Shown: positions 39,617 to 51,894 of the stretch, one piece after another
Layout: every line of letters begins with the position of its first letter
Numbering within the stretch: the stretch's first letter is position 1
From: an uncultured delta proteobacterium
GTDB taxonomy: Bacteria > Desulfobacterota > Desulfomonilia > Desulfomonilales > Desulfomonilaceae
DNA: 64,000 nt
Direction: 5' to 3'
Assembly (NCBI GenBank): GCA_963789265.1
Contig: CAWBKB010000005.1
Span: 672,001 to 736,000 of the forward strand
The notes under the pieces: model-generated
Told to the model about the DNA's origin: nothing
Databases searched by the model: none
Seen by the model: only the letters and a program-made list of their open reading frames with translations
Position numbers and translations under genes: made by a program

Positions 39617-41830
39617 TTGATGTATTCAACAGAGCTTTTATTGGGAATAGTGCCGAACGATATCGAACGAATAGTTCGTGTGGAGCACTCTGACCCTCAC
39701 AGTGTCCTGGGGGCACATCCAGTTGTTGTGGATGGTCAATCGGGGGTCATTATACGTGCTTTTCATCCGGACGCTGTTGCCGCGGAATTGCGGTTTGACT
39801 CGAAGCGCCTGCCCATGGAGTCATCTAAGGCCGAGGGGATGTTTCTGGCGATTCCTACCAGAGATGTCTTTTCCGCCAGAATATCTTGTTGCTTTCATCT
39901 TCTCCGACGGATCCACGTGGGAGCACGACAGCCCTTATCGCTTCTTGCCGACCTTGGGCGAGCAGGACCTTCATTTTCTCGGAGAAGGAAAGCATTACCA
40001 TCTCTACGATAAAATGGGGGCTCATCCGCGGGAATTCGAAGGGGTGCCGGGCGTGTCATTCGCGGTTTGGGCTCCAAATGCCAGAAGGGTGAGCGTAATC
40101 GGCGCGTTCAATAACTGGGATGGACGCCTTTTCCCCATGAGGACAATGGGTAGCACGGGTGTATGGGAACTGTTCATTCCTGGCCTGAGAGCAGGAGAAC
40201 TGTACAAATACGAGATCAAGACCTCGACCGGTGAGCTTCGAATCAAGACTGACCCTTACGCGTTTGCAATGGAATCGAGGCCCGCGACGGCATCCATGAT
40301 TTGGGATGTGGACCGCTATGAATGGGCTGACTACCAGTGGATGGAGGACAGAAAGGCCAAGAATCTGTTCGCCGGCCCCATGAACATCTACGAACTGCAT
40401 TTAGGTTCCTGGATGCGAGTGGCCGATGAAGGGAACAGGTGGGCCGGCTACCGCGAAGTTGCTCAGCCTCTTGCAGATCATGTTAAGAAATACGGTTTCA
40501 CCCACGTAGAACTGATGCCCATCATGGAACATCCGTACGATGCGTCCTGGGGGTACCAAGTTACAGGTTATTTCGCTCCTACAAGCCGCTTCGGCACACC
40601 CGACGATTTCAAATACTTCGTAGACGTGCTGCACCAAAATGGAATCGGACTTATCCTGGACTGGGTACCCGCACATTTTCCCAGGGACGATTTTAGTCTC
40701 CGTCTTTTCGATGGTACGGCATTGTGACGAGCACGCGGACCCTCGTCAGGGAGAGCACAGGGATTGGGGTACGCTGATTTTCAATTACGGCAGGAATGAG
40801 GTTCGGAATTTTCTGGTAGGCAACGCTTTGTTTCTGGCTCGACAAGTATCACATCGACGGCTTACGGGTCGATGCGGTAGCTTCTCTGATTTACCTCGAT
40901 TACAGTCGAGAGGCGGGGGAGTGGATCCCCAACCGTTTTGGAGGAAATGAAAACCTGGATGCAATCCAATTCATTCAGGAGTTCAACGCTATGGTATACG
41001 GCCGCTTCCCGGGCTGCTTCACAGTGGCCGAAGAGTCAACAGCCTGGACCGGTGTTACAACGCCGACGTATCTCGGGGGGCTCGGATTTGGATTCAAGTG
41101 GGACATGGGCTGGATGCACGATACGCTCCTATTTTTTTCAAAGGATTCTGTGCATCGCAGCTTCCATCACAATGACCTGACCTTTTCCATGATGTACGTG
41201 TACAGCGAAAATTTCATCTTACCCTTGTCCCACGACGAAGTAGTTTACGGCAAGGGTTCGCTTTTGAAAAAGATGCCCGGTGATGATTGGCAAAAATTTG
41301 CCAATCTCCGCCTTCTCTTGGGTTACATGTACACCCATCCGGGTAAGAAACTCGTGATGGCAGGGTCTGAGCTTGCCACATGGAATGAATGGCACCATGA
41401 ATCAAAGCTGGAGCTCCATCTGTTGCAATACCCCGTCCACGCACAAGCATCTTCTTTCTTACAGGACTTGGGGCGTCTTTATTTGCAGGACAGGTCTCTG
41501 TGGGCTTGGGATGACAGACCCGAGGGATTTTCCTGGATTGATTGTAACGATTACCTTAGCAGCGTACTAAGCTATATCCGCCGAGGACCGGATGGATATT
41601 TAATATGTGTTCTGAATTTTACTCCTGTCGTCCGAAAGGATTACCGTATAGGCGTCCCTGAACCAGGCAGCTTTCATGAGATAATGAACTCCGATTCTGT
41701 GTATTATGGCGGCAGCAATGCAGGAAATGCCGGTTTGGTGCAGACGCAATACGGCTCTCAGCACGGGTACAATCAATATCTCAGCCTTACACTCCCTCCT
41801 CTGGCTTGTCTCATACTGCGAAGAAGTTAA
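39617..41830 (+). CDS. glgB: 1,4-alpha-glucan branching enzyme, split by three frameshifts
   Basis: [50 protein letters not shown]; frame changes near 39855, 40725 and 40835. Confidence 0.92.
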
Positions 41831-42144
41831 ACCGGTAACAGAGCCCGACAATTCCATTCGCGGACTCGTGGCAAGTGACAACGTGTTTCTGGCAGGGCCG
41901 GATTTTCAAACCCGCCCACGTGTCGGCGTGACCGCGTACTCGGTCATGGCGCCAAAGCGCTCGTCTGGCCGATTTTCAAGGATTCATGCATCGGATGGCC
42001 CAAAGGACATTGTTTGGCAACTAATGTTACCCACAGAGAATCGCTCCTATCAATAACCGAACAAGATTTCTCGCAAAACTATTGTCATTTCCGCTCATTT
42101 GAAGTATAATATGAATCTACGGTTGCATTTTAGTCAAGGTAGGA

Positions 42145-42885
42145 TTGATGAAAAGATTTCCAGTGGGAACGTTGGTGAGGTATGGAGCGGTTGGCGTCGC
42201 TTTAGTCGGTTGGCTCCTACTCCCTGGGATGGCCCAGGCACAGCCCTCCTTTTGTGTTCGTAACAATGCTTTCTCCATATCCAACGCGCCGGGCTACTGT
42301 TTTGCCATGGCAGCCTTTTCCGGATGGTACTATCAAACTCACCAGGCCGAGCCGCCGCTGAGACGAATCTTGGACAGAAAGAGTCAGCGGCAAATAGCCC
42401 GAAATCTACAGGAATTCTACAGCAAGAATCTGGTCTCCCTGCAGGCGGCCTACTGCAACAGGTATCATGGAAATCAGACCGAATCGTTCAAACGTTTTAT
42501 CGCATGCGTGGTAACCGGGGAGCCGCGAATTGTTCTCCTCATGAACAGAGGACCTCGTGGTGCGGTCCTTCACGCCGTCTTGGCGTACGAATGGCACCCG
42601 GAACAGCATTTATTGAAGATTTACGATCCCAACTACTGCAATCAGGAACGTTTCCTGGATCTGGAGAGACGTGAATATACCTCGCTCGATATCACCTATA
42701 ACGCAATATGTTTTCCCGAAGTACTTCAAACAAACCGTGCTCTGTTGCGTAAGATGGAGAGCTTGTATGCTTTCCATGTTGAGCCTAAGATTGACGTCTT
42801 GGCAAGGAACTGGCGCCGAGCCGCTTTTAACCCGAGCCAGCCGATACTAAAACGCGAACGATATTCCCGCGGTCCAACCCGTTAG
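42145..42885 (+). CDS. Secreted papain-like cysteine peptidase candidate
   Basis: Signal peptide (AQA); GYCFAMA, HAVLAY and IYDPN give a plausible Cys-His-Asp triad. Confidence 0.6.
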   Translation: MMKRFPVGTLVRYGAVGVALVGWLLLPGMAQAQPSFCVRNNAFSISNAPGYCFAMAAFSGWYYQTHQAEPPLRRILDRKSQRQIARNLQEFYSKNLVSLQAAYCNRYHGNQTESFKRFIACVVTGEPRIVLLMNRGPRGAVLHAVLAYEWHPEQHLLKIYDPNYCNQERFLDLERREYTSLDITYNAICFPEVLQTNRALLRKMESLYAFHVEPKIDVLARNWRRAAFNPSQPILKRERYSRGPTR

Positions 42886-43701
42886 GATAGAAAACCACTC
42901 GTTGTTCAAAGGCTGATTCTCTTCCACGTGTTGAGCTACACGACTCGAGCCGCTCAACATTACCACTACGTCAGGATATATTTCCCAATTGACGCTCAGG
43001 CTGGCCATAGCGAGATATCCGGCAGTGATAAGGTGAATTCCCTCCACCTCAAAACCGAGGTCTACCCCATACGGCGATGAATAGCGGGTCTCCAGGCCCA
43101 CGACCGGATACGTGCCATCTAGGCTTCTGGTATTGGATATAATGCCATCTTCTTCGGATTCTCCGTTTAGTGTCGCGGAGTAGCGGATGTAATGGACTCC
43201 TATCCGAGGGACTACCCACCACGGGGACAGATCCAAGAGTTTGTAACCATAGGAGAACCTGAGCCAATTGAAGTCTAACTTTGTCTCCAGAGAGGTCCCC
43301 GGCAGATAGGTTTTGTTCTGGAAACGGAGCTTCCTGCGCAGTCTTTTCATCCCTGTTGGCGAGAACATGAGAAAATCGAGATTGAGAAAATGGTTATCAA
43401 GAATGTTCGCGTCGAGGGTAATCGAAGTAGCCTCTCCTTTATCCACTCCGAGGTCCCCCGAAACATCGATCTTCGTGCCTGAACCGGGTCTTCCTCCTCC
43501 CGGCACGAGCATATCGCCAGAAAGCCAGAGATAACTCCAATCCATGCCTATGAGAAAATGGGTATAAGGGGTGAGCCGAAACGGTTCCTGGGCCAACGCC
43601 GCTTCTTCTGCAAAGATCATTACAATTAAGATAGCGAGAACACTGGCAGGAAGGCGTCTCCTGAAAGGCATGTCGGTTTCACTCCCCGGAGAAGCGGGCA
43701 T
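42847..43701 (-). CDS. Putative outer-membrane beta-barrel protein
   Basis: Signal peptide, alternating beta strands, C-terminal ...TAGISFAF; GDLGVD motif like DDLGLP of 6103-7158. Confidence 0.7.
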   Translation of the reverse strand: MPASPGSETDMPFRRRLPASVLAILIVMIFAEEAALAQEPFRLTPYTHFLIGMDWSYLWLSGDMLVPGGGRPGSGTKIDVSGDLGVDKGEATSITLDANILDNHFLNLDFLMFSPTGMKRLRRKLRFQNKTYLPGTSLETKLDFNWLRFSYGYKLLDLSPWWVVPRIGVHYIRYSATLNGESEEDGIISNTRSLDGTYPVVGLETRYSSPYGVDLGFEVEGIHLITAGYLAMASLSVNWEIYPDVVVMLSGSSRVAQHVEENQPLNNEWFSILTGWTAGISFAF

Positions 43702-43918
43702 TAATTAAGTCGGGGAGGGTTATATACTGTTACCGGTCTGCGAGCAATAGCGAAAATAAAAAAAGGCAGGCATTCCATCTCATGGGAAATTACGACAGAC
43801 TTCCCCCAGTGGACCGAGAGTGTCCCTACTAGGTGTCTGGGGATATCGCCGATTACTTTTGAGAATGGTTTGGTGAGAGTGAATCTCACAAGATGCAACC
43901 AAGGTCGTGTGCGCGCTT

Positions 43919-43956
43919 GCATAAAAGAGCCGGCCAAGCCGCCGGCTCTTTTATGC
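43919..43956. terminator. Intrinsic terminator (bidirectional shape)
   Basis: GCATAAAAGAGCCGGC-loop-GCCGGCTCTTTTATGC. Confidence 0.75.
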
Positions 43957-44031
43957 TATAACGCTTTGATCAACTAAGAGAAATAGGTCCTTCAGGAGCG
44001 GAATTTGGGCAGCCTTTCGGCAGCTTTAGGT

Positions 44032-44217
44032 TCACGCAGCAACATCGTCCTCTATTGGCCAACGCCCCTGATTTAGCCACCGTACCAGAGAGGCGTCTAT
44101 TGCGTCTTCAAAGACATCGCATCGGGCCGCTATTTCCTTAAACGTAAGACCCTGCTTCAGCATATTGTGAATATTTTCGGGAGTCATCCGAACCCTGGCG
44201 CCTTCCATCTTCAGCAT
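44032..44217 (-). CDS. Small HTH-like protein
   Basis: QGLTFKEIAARCDV motif; AAGGGGTG RBS; TTGACT-N18-TATACT promoter at 44394-44365. Confidence 0.6.
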   Translation of the reverse strand: MLKMEGARVRMTPENIHNMLKQGLTFKEIAARCDVFEDAIDASLVRWLNQGRWPIEDDVAA

Positions 44218-44620
44218 AAGTCACCCCTTTTAAACGCACTGGTATATATGTTCTCTGCCAATGCTGAAGGTTCCCCATTTTTTAAAAAAAAATGGGACCG
44301 GTCATCAACTCTGCTCCCGGGAGAGATGAACCGCTTTGCTTGCAACACCTAACAGAATTCTATCAGTATACAATCAGGTACAGAAAGAAGTCAAGAAATT
44401 AGGTAGTGGTAGGCATATCTTTGTTGATCTCTATTCTTCCCGTGAAGATTTGAGCAAGAATCGCGCATCGGAATGTTCCCCACTTGATAGCGAGACCCTG
44501 GATAATAGACATCGGTCGTGCAAAGCGTCGGCGACAACCGCGGTGGGCAGAGCGTAAATGCCGGCGGCATTTACGCTCTTAATTCCACGAGGCTCATAAG
44601 GCCGGTCCGATCTCATCCTC

Positions 44621-47029
44621 TCACTGTTTGAGGTGGAAAGAGGGTTCCATGGCCACGGAATCTTCCGACAATACGGTTTGTTCCATTTCCGGAAAAACTA
44701 TCCCTAACACTTCATCCATGTGATCTACCGGTATGATCTCCAGGCCCTTACGGATCCGCCGGGGAACTTCCTTGAGGTCCTTCTCGTTTTCGCGGGGAAT
44801 GATGACTCGGGCTATTAGACCTCGTTTCGCCGCCAGCAATTTTTCTTTCAGACCCCCTATGGGAAGCACGCGCCCTCGAAGAGTGATCTCGCCGGTCATG
44901 GCCACATCGTTTGGGAACGGCTTCTTGGTCAGGGCTGAAACGAGAGCAGAGGTCATCGTGATCCCCGCGGAGGGGCCGTCTTTTGGCGTGGCACCCTCGG
45001 GGACGTGAATGTGGATATCGACTTTATTGTAAAAGTCTCCCTTGAGCCCCAAACCCCAAGCCCTGGACCGAACGTAGCTTACGGCCGCCTGGGCTGACTC
45101 CTGCATCACCTCACCCAGCTTTCCGGTGACGGTGAGTTTGCCTGAGCCGGGCATGAGGGCCACTTCCACAATGAGCAGCTCGCCCCCAACTTCCGTCCAA
45201 GCCAGTCCTGTTGATACGCCGATTTTTTCCTTTTCTTCTTTGATCCCATATCGAAATTTGGGGACCCCCAGGAACTTGCCGACATGACTCGATTCAATTA
45301 GTAAACGCTCCGCGATCTTGCCGGCTACGACTTCCCTGGCAACTTTTCGGCAAACCTTGGAAATCTGTCGTTCCAGGTTTCGAACGCCGGCCTCTCGGGT
45401 ATAGCGCCTAATTATTCTGAGGATAGCTTTAGGACTGAATTCAATTTGTTCTTCAGAAAGGCCGTTCGCGACCATCTGCTTTGGCACTAGAAATCGTTCG
45501 GCGATTCTCAGTTTTTCCAGCTCAGTGTAACCGGCCAGGCGTATGATCTCCATCCTGTCCTGCAAAGGTGCCGGAATGCCGTGAAGCGTGTTGGCGGTGG
45601 TGATGAACATGACTTGGGACAGATCATAGTCCACATCCAAATAGTGGTCGTTAAAGGTATGGTTTTGTTCAGGGTCGAGCACTTCCAGGAGCGCTGCCGA
45701 TGGGTCTCCCCTGAAGTCCATACTCATCTTGTCAACCTCATCCAAGAGCATTACAGGATTGATGGTCTGCACTTTCTTCATGCTCTGGATGATCTTCCCG
45801 GGCAATGCTCCGATATACGTCCGGCGATGGCCGCGAATCTCAGCCTCGTCGCGCACCCCTCCAAGAGAAATGCGGACAAACTCCCTGCCGGTTGCCGTGG
45901 CTACAGACTTGGCGAGCGAGGTCTTACCAACACCAGGCGGGCCGACCAAGCAGAGTATTGGACCCTTGGTCTTGGCCACCAGTTTTTGGACAGCCAAGTA
46001 CTCGATAATTCGCCTTTTAACCTCTCTGAGTCCGTAATGGTCCTCGTCCAGGATTCTCTGAGCTTCCTGAATATTAAGTTCAGTCTCGGAAGCTGTGGAC
46101 CAAGGCAGAACAAGAAACCAATCCACATAATTGCGCACTACAGTAGCTTCGGCCGACATGGGCGACATGAGCTTGAGTTTGCGAATTTCCTTGCGAACTT
46201 TGGCTTCCGCCTCCGCGGGGAGTTTCTTTTTGTCTAATTGCTCTTCAAGCTCGGCAATCTCATTCTTGAAATCGTCCTTTTCTCCCATCTCTTTTTGTAT
46301 AGCGCGCATCTGTTCGCTTAAATAGTATTCTTTCTGACTCTTCTCCATCTGCTTCTTGACACGATCGCGGATCTTCTTCTCGATTTCCGCGATCTCTACC
46401 TCGCTTTGCATCAGCTCCAGAAGCTTTTCTATTCGATCTCTGACCGAGACAAGCTCGAGCAGTTCCTGCTTATCCTCAATCTTCAAGTTAAGCTGGGCTG
46501 CAATAGTGTCGGCAAGCCTCGAAGCATCAGTCATGGAACGGACGGAGGTAACAAATTCCTGAGGAATTTTCTTGTTATGCGTCAGATAATTGTCAAACAC
46601 GGCTTTAAGGCTTCGGACAAGAGCTTGGACCTCTATCTCTCTCTCCCGGATTTCGTCTCCGATAGGTTGGACTTCAACCTGAAAACATTGGTCGTTTTCA
46701 ACGAAGTGACGTATAGCGGCACGGCGCGTTCCTTCCACGAAGACCTTAATAGTGTTGTCGGGGAGTTTGAGCATCTGGATTATCTGACCGACGGTTCCGA
46801 TGTCAAAAATGTCATCCTCTTGAGGACTGGTCTGCTGAGCATTCTTTTGTGACGCCAAGAAGATCATCTTGTCGGATTTCATTGCAAATTCGAGTGCTTT
46901 GATCGAACGCTCCCGTCCCACGAAAAGAGGCACCACCATGTATGGGAACACTACGATGTCTCTCAGGGGAAGAAGAGGTAACAACAATGGCGTACCGGAA
47001 GGAAGCCCTTCCTTCTTTGCGAAAAACAT
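44621..47029 (-). CDS. lon: Lon protease
   Basis: [19 protein letters not shown] and PKDGPSAG. Confidence 0.98.
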   Translation of the reverse strand: MFFAKKEGLPSGTPLLLPLLPLRDIVVFPYMVVPLFVGRERSIKALEFAMKSDKMIFLASQKNAQQTSPQEDDIFDIGTVGQIIQMLKLPDNTIKVFVEGTRRAAIRHFVENDQCFQVEVQPIGDEIREREIEVQALVRSLKAVFDNYLTHNKKIPQEFVTSVRSMTDASRLADTIAAQLNLKIEDKQELLELVSVRDRIEKLLELMQSEVEIAEIEKKIRDRVKKQMEKSQKEYYLSEQMRAIQKEMGEKDDFKNEIAELEEQLDKKKLPAEAEAKVRKEIRKLKLMSPMSAEATVVRNYVDWFLVLPWSTASETELNIQEAQRILDEDHYGLREVKRRIIEYLAVQKLVAKTKGPILCLVGPPGVGKTSLAKSVATATGREFVRISLGGVRDEAEIRGHRRTYIGALPGKIIQSMKKVQTINPVMLLDEVDKMSMDFRGDPSAALLEVLDPEQNHTFNDHYLDVDYDLSQVMFITTANTLHGIPAPLQDRMEIIRLAGYTELEKLRIAERFLVPKQMVANGLSEEQIEFSPKAILRIIRRYTREAGVRNLERQISKVCRKVAREVVAGKIAERLLIESSHVGKFLGVPKFRYGIKEEKEKIGVSTGLAWTEVGGELLIVEVALMPGSGKLTVTGKLGEVMQESAQAAVSYVRSRAWGLGLKGDFYNKVDIHIHVPEGATPKDGPSAGITMTSALVSALTKKPFPNDVAMTGEITLRGRVLPIGGLKEKLLAAKRGLIARVIIPRENEKDLKEVPRRIRKGLEIIPVDHMDEVLGIVFPEMEQTVLSEDSVAMEPSFHLKQ

Positions 47030-47168
47030 ATCTAATTCCTCGCCGTTGGGTTATTGGAGACGGAACCGGGCCCGCCTCTTTCCGACGCGGGCGGATTCCG
47101 ACTCGAAGGTTGCTTTGCAAGCGGTGCCGGCGGGCAGAAACGCCGGGCTTAAAAAGAAAAGATCAAGA

Positions 47169-48422
47169 TCAGGAAGCTGTTTCAGCCTCTTTTTCAAACA
47201 TAAGGATGCATTGTTCCCGGTTGTAAATGACATCCTCGTTTACGATAACCTCTTGGAGGTTTTTGAATTCCGGCAGATCGTACATGATGTCGAGCATGGC
47301 CGCTTCCAATATGGAGCGTAGTCCTCTGGCTCCGGTTTTGCGCATCAGAGCTTCTGAGGCTACCGCACGCAGCGCTTCATCGGTGAAGCGTAATTTGACG
47401 TGCTCGAACCCGAACAGCTTTTTGTACTGTTTGACCAAAGCATTCTTTGGCTCCAGCAATATGCGAACAAGGGCATCTTCATCCAGTTCGTGCAAAGTAG
47501 CCGCTACCGGCAACCTGCCCACGAACTCCGGTATCAGGCCGTAATGGATCAGGTCTTCCGGCTGAACATGATCGAAGATGTTCGACACCGCATCACTCTT
47601 GGGGCCTCCGATTTGGGCATTGAATCCCATGGACTTCATGTTCATCCTTTGATGGATGACCTTATCCAAACCAACAAAGGCGCCTCCGCATATAAAGAGG
47701 ATGTTCGTCGTGTCGACCTGGAGGAACTCCTGTTGCGGATGTTTCCGTCCGCCCTTGGGCGGGACATTTGCCATTGTGCCCTCGACGATTTTCAAGAGTG
47801 CCTGCTGAACCCCCTCGCCTGAAACGTCGCGAGTAATGCTCGGGTTTTCCGTCTTACGTGATATCTTGTCGATCTCATCTATGTAAACTATGCCCCGGCA
47901 CGCGCGGGCTATGTCGTAATCCGCGTTTTGCAAGAGCATGAGAATAATATTTTCCACGTCCTCGCCCACATAGCCGGCCTCGGTAAGAGTAGTAGCGTCA
48001 GCTATGGCAAACGGCACGTTGAGAATCCTGGCCAGGGTTTGAGCAAGCAAGGTCTTGCCCGACCCTGTCGGTCCTATCAACAGGATGTTGCTTTTTTGAA
48101 GTTCCACCCCATCAAGATCCGGTTTGGCCTCGATGCGCTTGTAATGGTTATGAACCGCGACGGAAAGGATCTTCTTCGCCTGTTCCTGTCCGATTACGTA
48201 TTCATCGAGGGCCTTCTTAATCTCCCCCGGGGTCGGAACTTTCGAACGCGCGCGGCCCAACTCTTCTTTTTCATACTCCTCAGCTATTATTTCATTACAG
48301 AGTTCGATGCATTCATCGCAGATATACACTGTAGGGCCGGCAATTAGCTTGCGCACCTCATCCTGGCTTTTCCCGCAAAAGGAACAGTAAAGTGAAGAAA
48401 AATTGCCTTTTCTGCCCGCCAT
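47169..48422 (-). CDS. clpX: ClpX ATPase
   Basis: CSFCGK zinc finger, GPTGSGKT and GYVGEDVE. Confidence 0.98.
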   Translation of the reverse strand: MAGRKGNFSSLYCSFCGKSQDEVRKLIAGPTVYICDECIELCNEIIAEEYEKEELGRARSKVPTPGEIKKALDEYVIGQEQAKKILSVAVHNHYKRIEAKPDLDGVELQKSNILLIGPTGSGKTLLAQTLARILNVPFAIADATTLTEAGYVGEDVENIILMLLQNADYDIARACRGIVYIDEIDKISRKTENPSITRDVSGEGVQQALLKIVEGTMANVPPKGGRKHPQQEFLQVDTTNILFICGGAFVGLDKVIHQRMNMKSMGFNAQIGGPKSDAVSNIFDHVQPEDLIHYGLIPEFVGRLPVAATLHELDEDALVRILLEPKNALVKQYKKLFGFEHVKLRFTDEALRAVASEALMRKTGARGLRSILEAAMLDIMYDLPEFKNLQEVIVNEDVIYNREQCILMFEKEAETAS

Positions 48423-48499
48423 AAATTCCCTCCTTGAGCCTCGGTCTTCGCAGGCAGACCGTTGAATTCCGTTGTTCGTCCGAGAAGATTTCCTACTTC

Positions 48500-49117
48500 T
48501 CAGCGAAGACTTTTAGGTTTTTCAGGGCGTTGGTCGAGCTCTCTTTGGGAGATCACCAGGTCCACTATCCCGTATGAGGCGGCTTCCTCACCACCCATAA
48601 AGTAATCCCTTTCCGTGTCTGTTTCTATCCTCTGTAGTGGCTGCCCTGTATGTTTGCAAAGGATCTCGTTAAGCTCGCTACGCATTCGGAGAATCTCTTT
48701 GGCGTGTATCTCTATATCAGTGGCTTGGCCCTGGAAACCTCCCATGGGCTGATGGATCAGAATGCGGGCATGCGGAAGTGCGTACCGCTTACCCGTCGTA
48801 CCCGCAGCCAGCAGCAGAGCGCCCATGCTCGCTGCTTGACCGATGCAGATGGTCTGAATATCCGGTTTGATGTACTGCATGGTGTCATAAATCGCCAAGC
48901 CGGATGTTACGATTCCACCGGGAGAGTTGATATAAAAGTTGATATCTTTATCAGGTTCTTCACTCTCCAGAAAAAGAAGTTGCGCTATCACCAGATTGGC
49001 TATGGTGTCGTCTATCCCTGTTCCCAAGAAGATAATGCGCTCCTTCAGAAGCCTCGAATAAATGTCGTAGGATCTTTCGCCTCGACTTGTTTGTTCCACA
49101 ACTATGGGTACAAGCAT
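48500..49117 (-). CDS. clpP: ClpP protease
   Basis: YINSPGG, QAASMG and IHQP. Confidence 0.98.
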   Translation of the reverse strand: MLVPIVVEQTSRGERSYDIYSRLLKERIIFLGTGIDDTIANLVIAQLLFLESEEPDKDINFYINSPGGIVTSGLAIYDTMQYIKPDIQTICIGQAASMGALLLAAGTTGKRYALPHARILIHQPMGGFQGQATDIEIHAKEILRMRSELNEILCKHTGQPLQRIETDTERDYFMGGEEAASYGIVDLVISQRELDQRPEKPKSLR

Positions 49118-49120
49118 GTT

Positions 49121-50455
49121 CTATTCTTCCTCAGGTTGTGTATCTTGAATCAGTTCCCCGGCCGGGGGCTCTTCCTCCGTTATGTCAGCGTGGTCCTGGA
49201 TCAACTTGTAGACCTTTTCCTGAAGGAGTGTTTCTCGCAGCTCCCCCAACATCTTGCCCTCTTCAAGTTGATCTTTCAAGTAGTCCACGGAGAGTCCCAT
49301 CTGCTCGGCTCTTTCGGCTATGCCTGCCTGCAATTCCTCCTCGGAAACTTCGATTTCTTCCTGTTCGGAGATTGCCTTGAGAATTAATCCCGCCTTTACT
49401 ATTCGGACAGCAGAGGGGCGCACTTGATCGCGCTGAGCCTGTGTCGGTGAAGGAAATCTTTTTGGATCGATACCGTGGGCGGCCAAGTTGCGTCTGGATT
49501 GTTCCAAAAAGCGGTCTATCTGGCTCTCCACCATCGACTCAGGGATCTCAAACTCGTTCTTTTCTATAAGGGCGTCGATAATTTGATTCTCCAGCTCTGT
49601 CTTGGATCGGTCTTGCAACAGCCTATGCAGGTCTTTATTTATCTCTTCCTTCAACTGGGAAAAAGTTTCAAATTCTCCCAAATCTTTGGCAAAATCGTCG
49701 TCAGGCTCCGGCAGTATCCTTTCCTTTGCCTCCTTGACAGTCACTTCAAAATTAGCGGTTTTACCGGCGAGTTCCTTTCGGGGAAAATCTACCGGTAGGC
49801 TCATCGTCAATTTCTTGATTTCATCAGGCTTAAGGCCCTCAAGTTTCGCGTCGAAGTCCGACAAGTAAAAATTGCGTCCAAGCTCCATGTGATAGTCTGT
49901 GACCGTTAAGGCGGAAATTGCGGCGCCCTCACTTTGAGCCTTTATGTCCACCACCAGATGGTCACCCTCGGCTACGCCTCGTGTATCAGGAATCGGCCTC
50001 AGCGTAGCATTACGCTCTCTGATGGTTTGAATTCTCTTCTCGACGTCCTCTTCCTTCACTTCACGGATGTATTTTGTCAGGTTCAGACCTTTATAGTCCT
50101 TTACTTCAATAGGCGGGGGAACTTCGATTTCGGCGGTGTACTTGAAAGGTTTGCCGGCCTCCAGAGTTTCCGGATCAATCTTGATCACCGAAACAGGGAC
50201 AATCTTCTTCTCATCCAGACCGGGTTGAAAAGTCTCTTCAATTATTTTGCGGGCCGTGTCGGCTTCGACTTTTGCTCTGAAATATCCTCGGACAATCTCA
50301 AGCGGAACCTTTCCCTTGCGGAATCCTTTGATCTGCACGTTTTTCTTTAAATCCTTGTACTGGGTGTCCATCATATCGATGACTTTTTCCTGGGAAACCT
50401 CAAAAGTCACTTTTTTCTTAATATCGCTGAGATCTTCAACCTGAATATTGACCAT
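49121..50455 (-). CDS. tig: Trigger factor
   Basis: GFRKGKVP ribosome-binding motif; tig-clpP-clpX-lon order. Confidence 0.96.
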   Translation of the reverse strand: MVNIQVEDLSDIKKKVTFEVSQEKVIDMMDTQYKDLKKNVQIKGFRKGKVPLEIVRGYFRAKVEADTARKIIEETFQPGLDEKKIVPVSVIKIDPETLEAGKPFKYTAEIEVPPPIEVKDYKGLNLTKYIREVKEEDVEKRIQTIRERNATLRPIPDTRGVAEGDHLVVDIKAQSEGAAISALTVTDYHMELGRNFYLSDFDAKLEGLKPDEIKKLTMSLPVDFPRKELAGKTANFEVTVKEAKERILPEPDDDFAKDLGEFETFSQLKEEINKDLHRLLQDRSKTELENQIIDALIEKNEFEIPESMVESQIDRFLEQSRRNLAAHGIDPKRFPSPTQAQRDQVRPSAVRIVKAGLILKAISEQEEIEVSEEELQAGIAERAEQMGLSVDYLKDQLEEGKMLGELRETLLQEKVYKLIQDHADITEEEPPAGELIQDTQPEEE

Positions 50456-50847
50456 TTCTACTTTTTCATCTTTCTGGCTGGCAGCCGTGCAAAAAGTTGC
50501 GTACTCCCTACGACCCTCGTTTGACCCCGACGATAGGCCAATATTTCCCCAAAGGTCCTGTCATCCGGTGGTCATATTATAGGGCAAATGGGGCTAAAAG
50601 GGAAGGGAAGTAACCTCTGAATGATGTTCGGGCTTATTGTCTTGAACCAGTCAAGCGGATCTGTTAGATAACAATTGAGTTCGTCCGTCTAGCTTGTATC
50701 GGCCTTCCCGTCGATATGCCGCCTCCACCTACGAGATTCGGCTTTCTTTCTACTCCGCTGTGATTGCATTCAGCGGCAGACGGCGTATACGGACGGAACA
50801 CCAATTCTTTCGGCGCTTGCCAAGGACAGCCTTTCATAGGAGGGATT

Positions 50848-51837
50848 TTGGCAAAACATAGACGATCCGTGGATTCGCCCGTGATCAGTGTGGTAGTCCC
50901 CCTTTATAATGAAGAGAATAACATCAGGCCACTGGTAGACAGATTGAAGGAAGTTTTTGTCGGGTTGGCATGTCCGTGGGAAGTGGTTTTCGCACTGGAC
51001 CCCAGTCCGGACGGGACCTACGGTGCGATAGTGGACCTCGTCGATTCGGGTCTTCCCGTTCGGCTCGTCACTTTTTCCCGCAGAATCGGAAAGCCCCTTT
51101 CCCTTATGGCGGGTCTTGATCATAGTAGAGGAGATATCTCAGTAGTAATAGACGCAGACCTACAGGATCCGCCGGAAGTCATTAGATCGATGGTCGAAAA
51201 ATGGCGGGAAGGATTTGATGTCGTAATCGCTCGGCGTTCCTCACGGAAGGGGGAGAGTTATATTTATCTTAAAGCAGCACAGACATTCTATTGGCTCTTA
51301 GAGAAGATTTCTGAAGTAGAGGTTCCCAGAGACACAGGGGATTTCCGCCTGCTGGATGCAAGAGTGGTTCGAGAAATATCTCGCTTCAGAGAACGTCATG
51401 GATTCTTGAGGGGTTTGACAGCGGCTGCCGGATTTCGTACGACTGTCATTACTTATGATCGAGACCCAAGGCTGAGCGGGCGGACTCAGATCTCCTTCAT
51501 GGGTGCGTTAAATATTGCTTTGGACGGAATTGTGCCTTTTTCCAGGTTCCCGGTTCGCACGCTCTTCGTCCTGGGGCTCGCTATGATCGTGTGCGCCGGC
51601 GGCGGTACTTTCATCTGGATGATCTCGGGACTGCTGAGGGGGTTTTCCGACAATTGGCCGACTGCGCTTCTTGTCCTTCTCTTTCTGGTTACATGGGGAA
51701 TCAGCCTTACGGGGATGGGAATCCTGGGCGAATACCTGGTGAGGGCATACGAAGAAATACGGAGTCGTCCGATATACATAGTCGATGAAATCATTGAGGC
51801 AGAGAGTGTGCCGTGGAAGTTATGCGATGATCGGTAA
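50848..51837 (+). CDS. GT2 polyprenol-phosphate glycosyltransferase (GtrB/DPM-like)
   Basis: SVVVPLYNEE, DADLQDPPE, TGDFRLLD and GILGEY; two C-terminal TMs. Confidence 0.92.
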   Translation: MAKHRRSVDSPVISVVVPLYNEENNIRPLVDRLKEVFVGLACPWEVVFALDPSPDGTYGAIVDLVDSGLPVRLVTFSRRIGKPLSLMAGLDHSRGDISVVIDADLQDPPEVIRSMVEKWREGFDVVIARRSSRKGESYIYLKAAQTFYWLLEKISEVEVPRDTGDFRLLDARVVREISRFRERHGFLRGLTAAAGFRTTVITYDRDPRLSGRTQISFMGALNIALDGIVPFSRFPVRTLFVLGLAMIVCAGGGTFIWMISGLLRGFSDNWPTALLVLLFLVTWGISLTGMGILGEYLVRAYEEIRSRPIYIVDEIIEAESVPWKLCDDR

Positions 51838-51894
51838 TCGCCGTGACATTCCTTCCATGAGAAGTCTCTTGCTTTCAACGCGCGGTAACAGCAA

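Noticed and set aside
39617..41830. Programmed frameshifting or phase variation in glgB, acsC and the kinase
   Set aside because: No consistent slippery sites or long repeats; scattered indels fit sequencing error better
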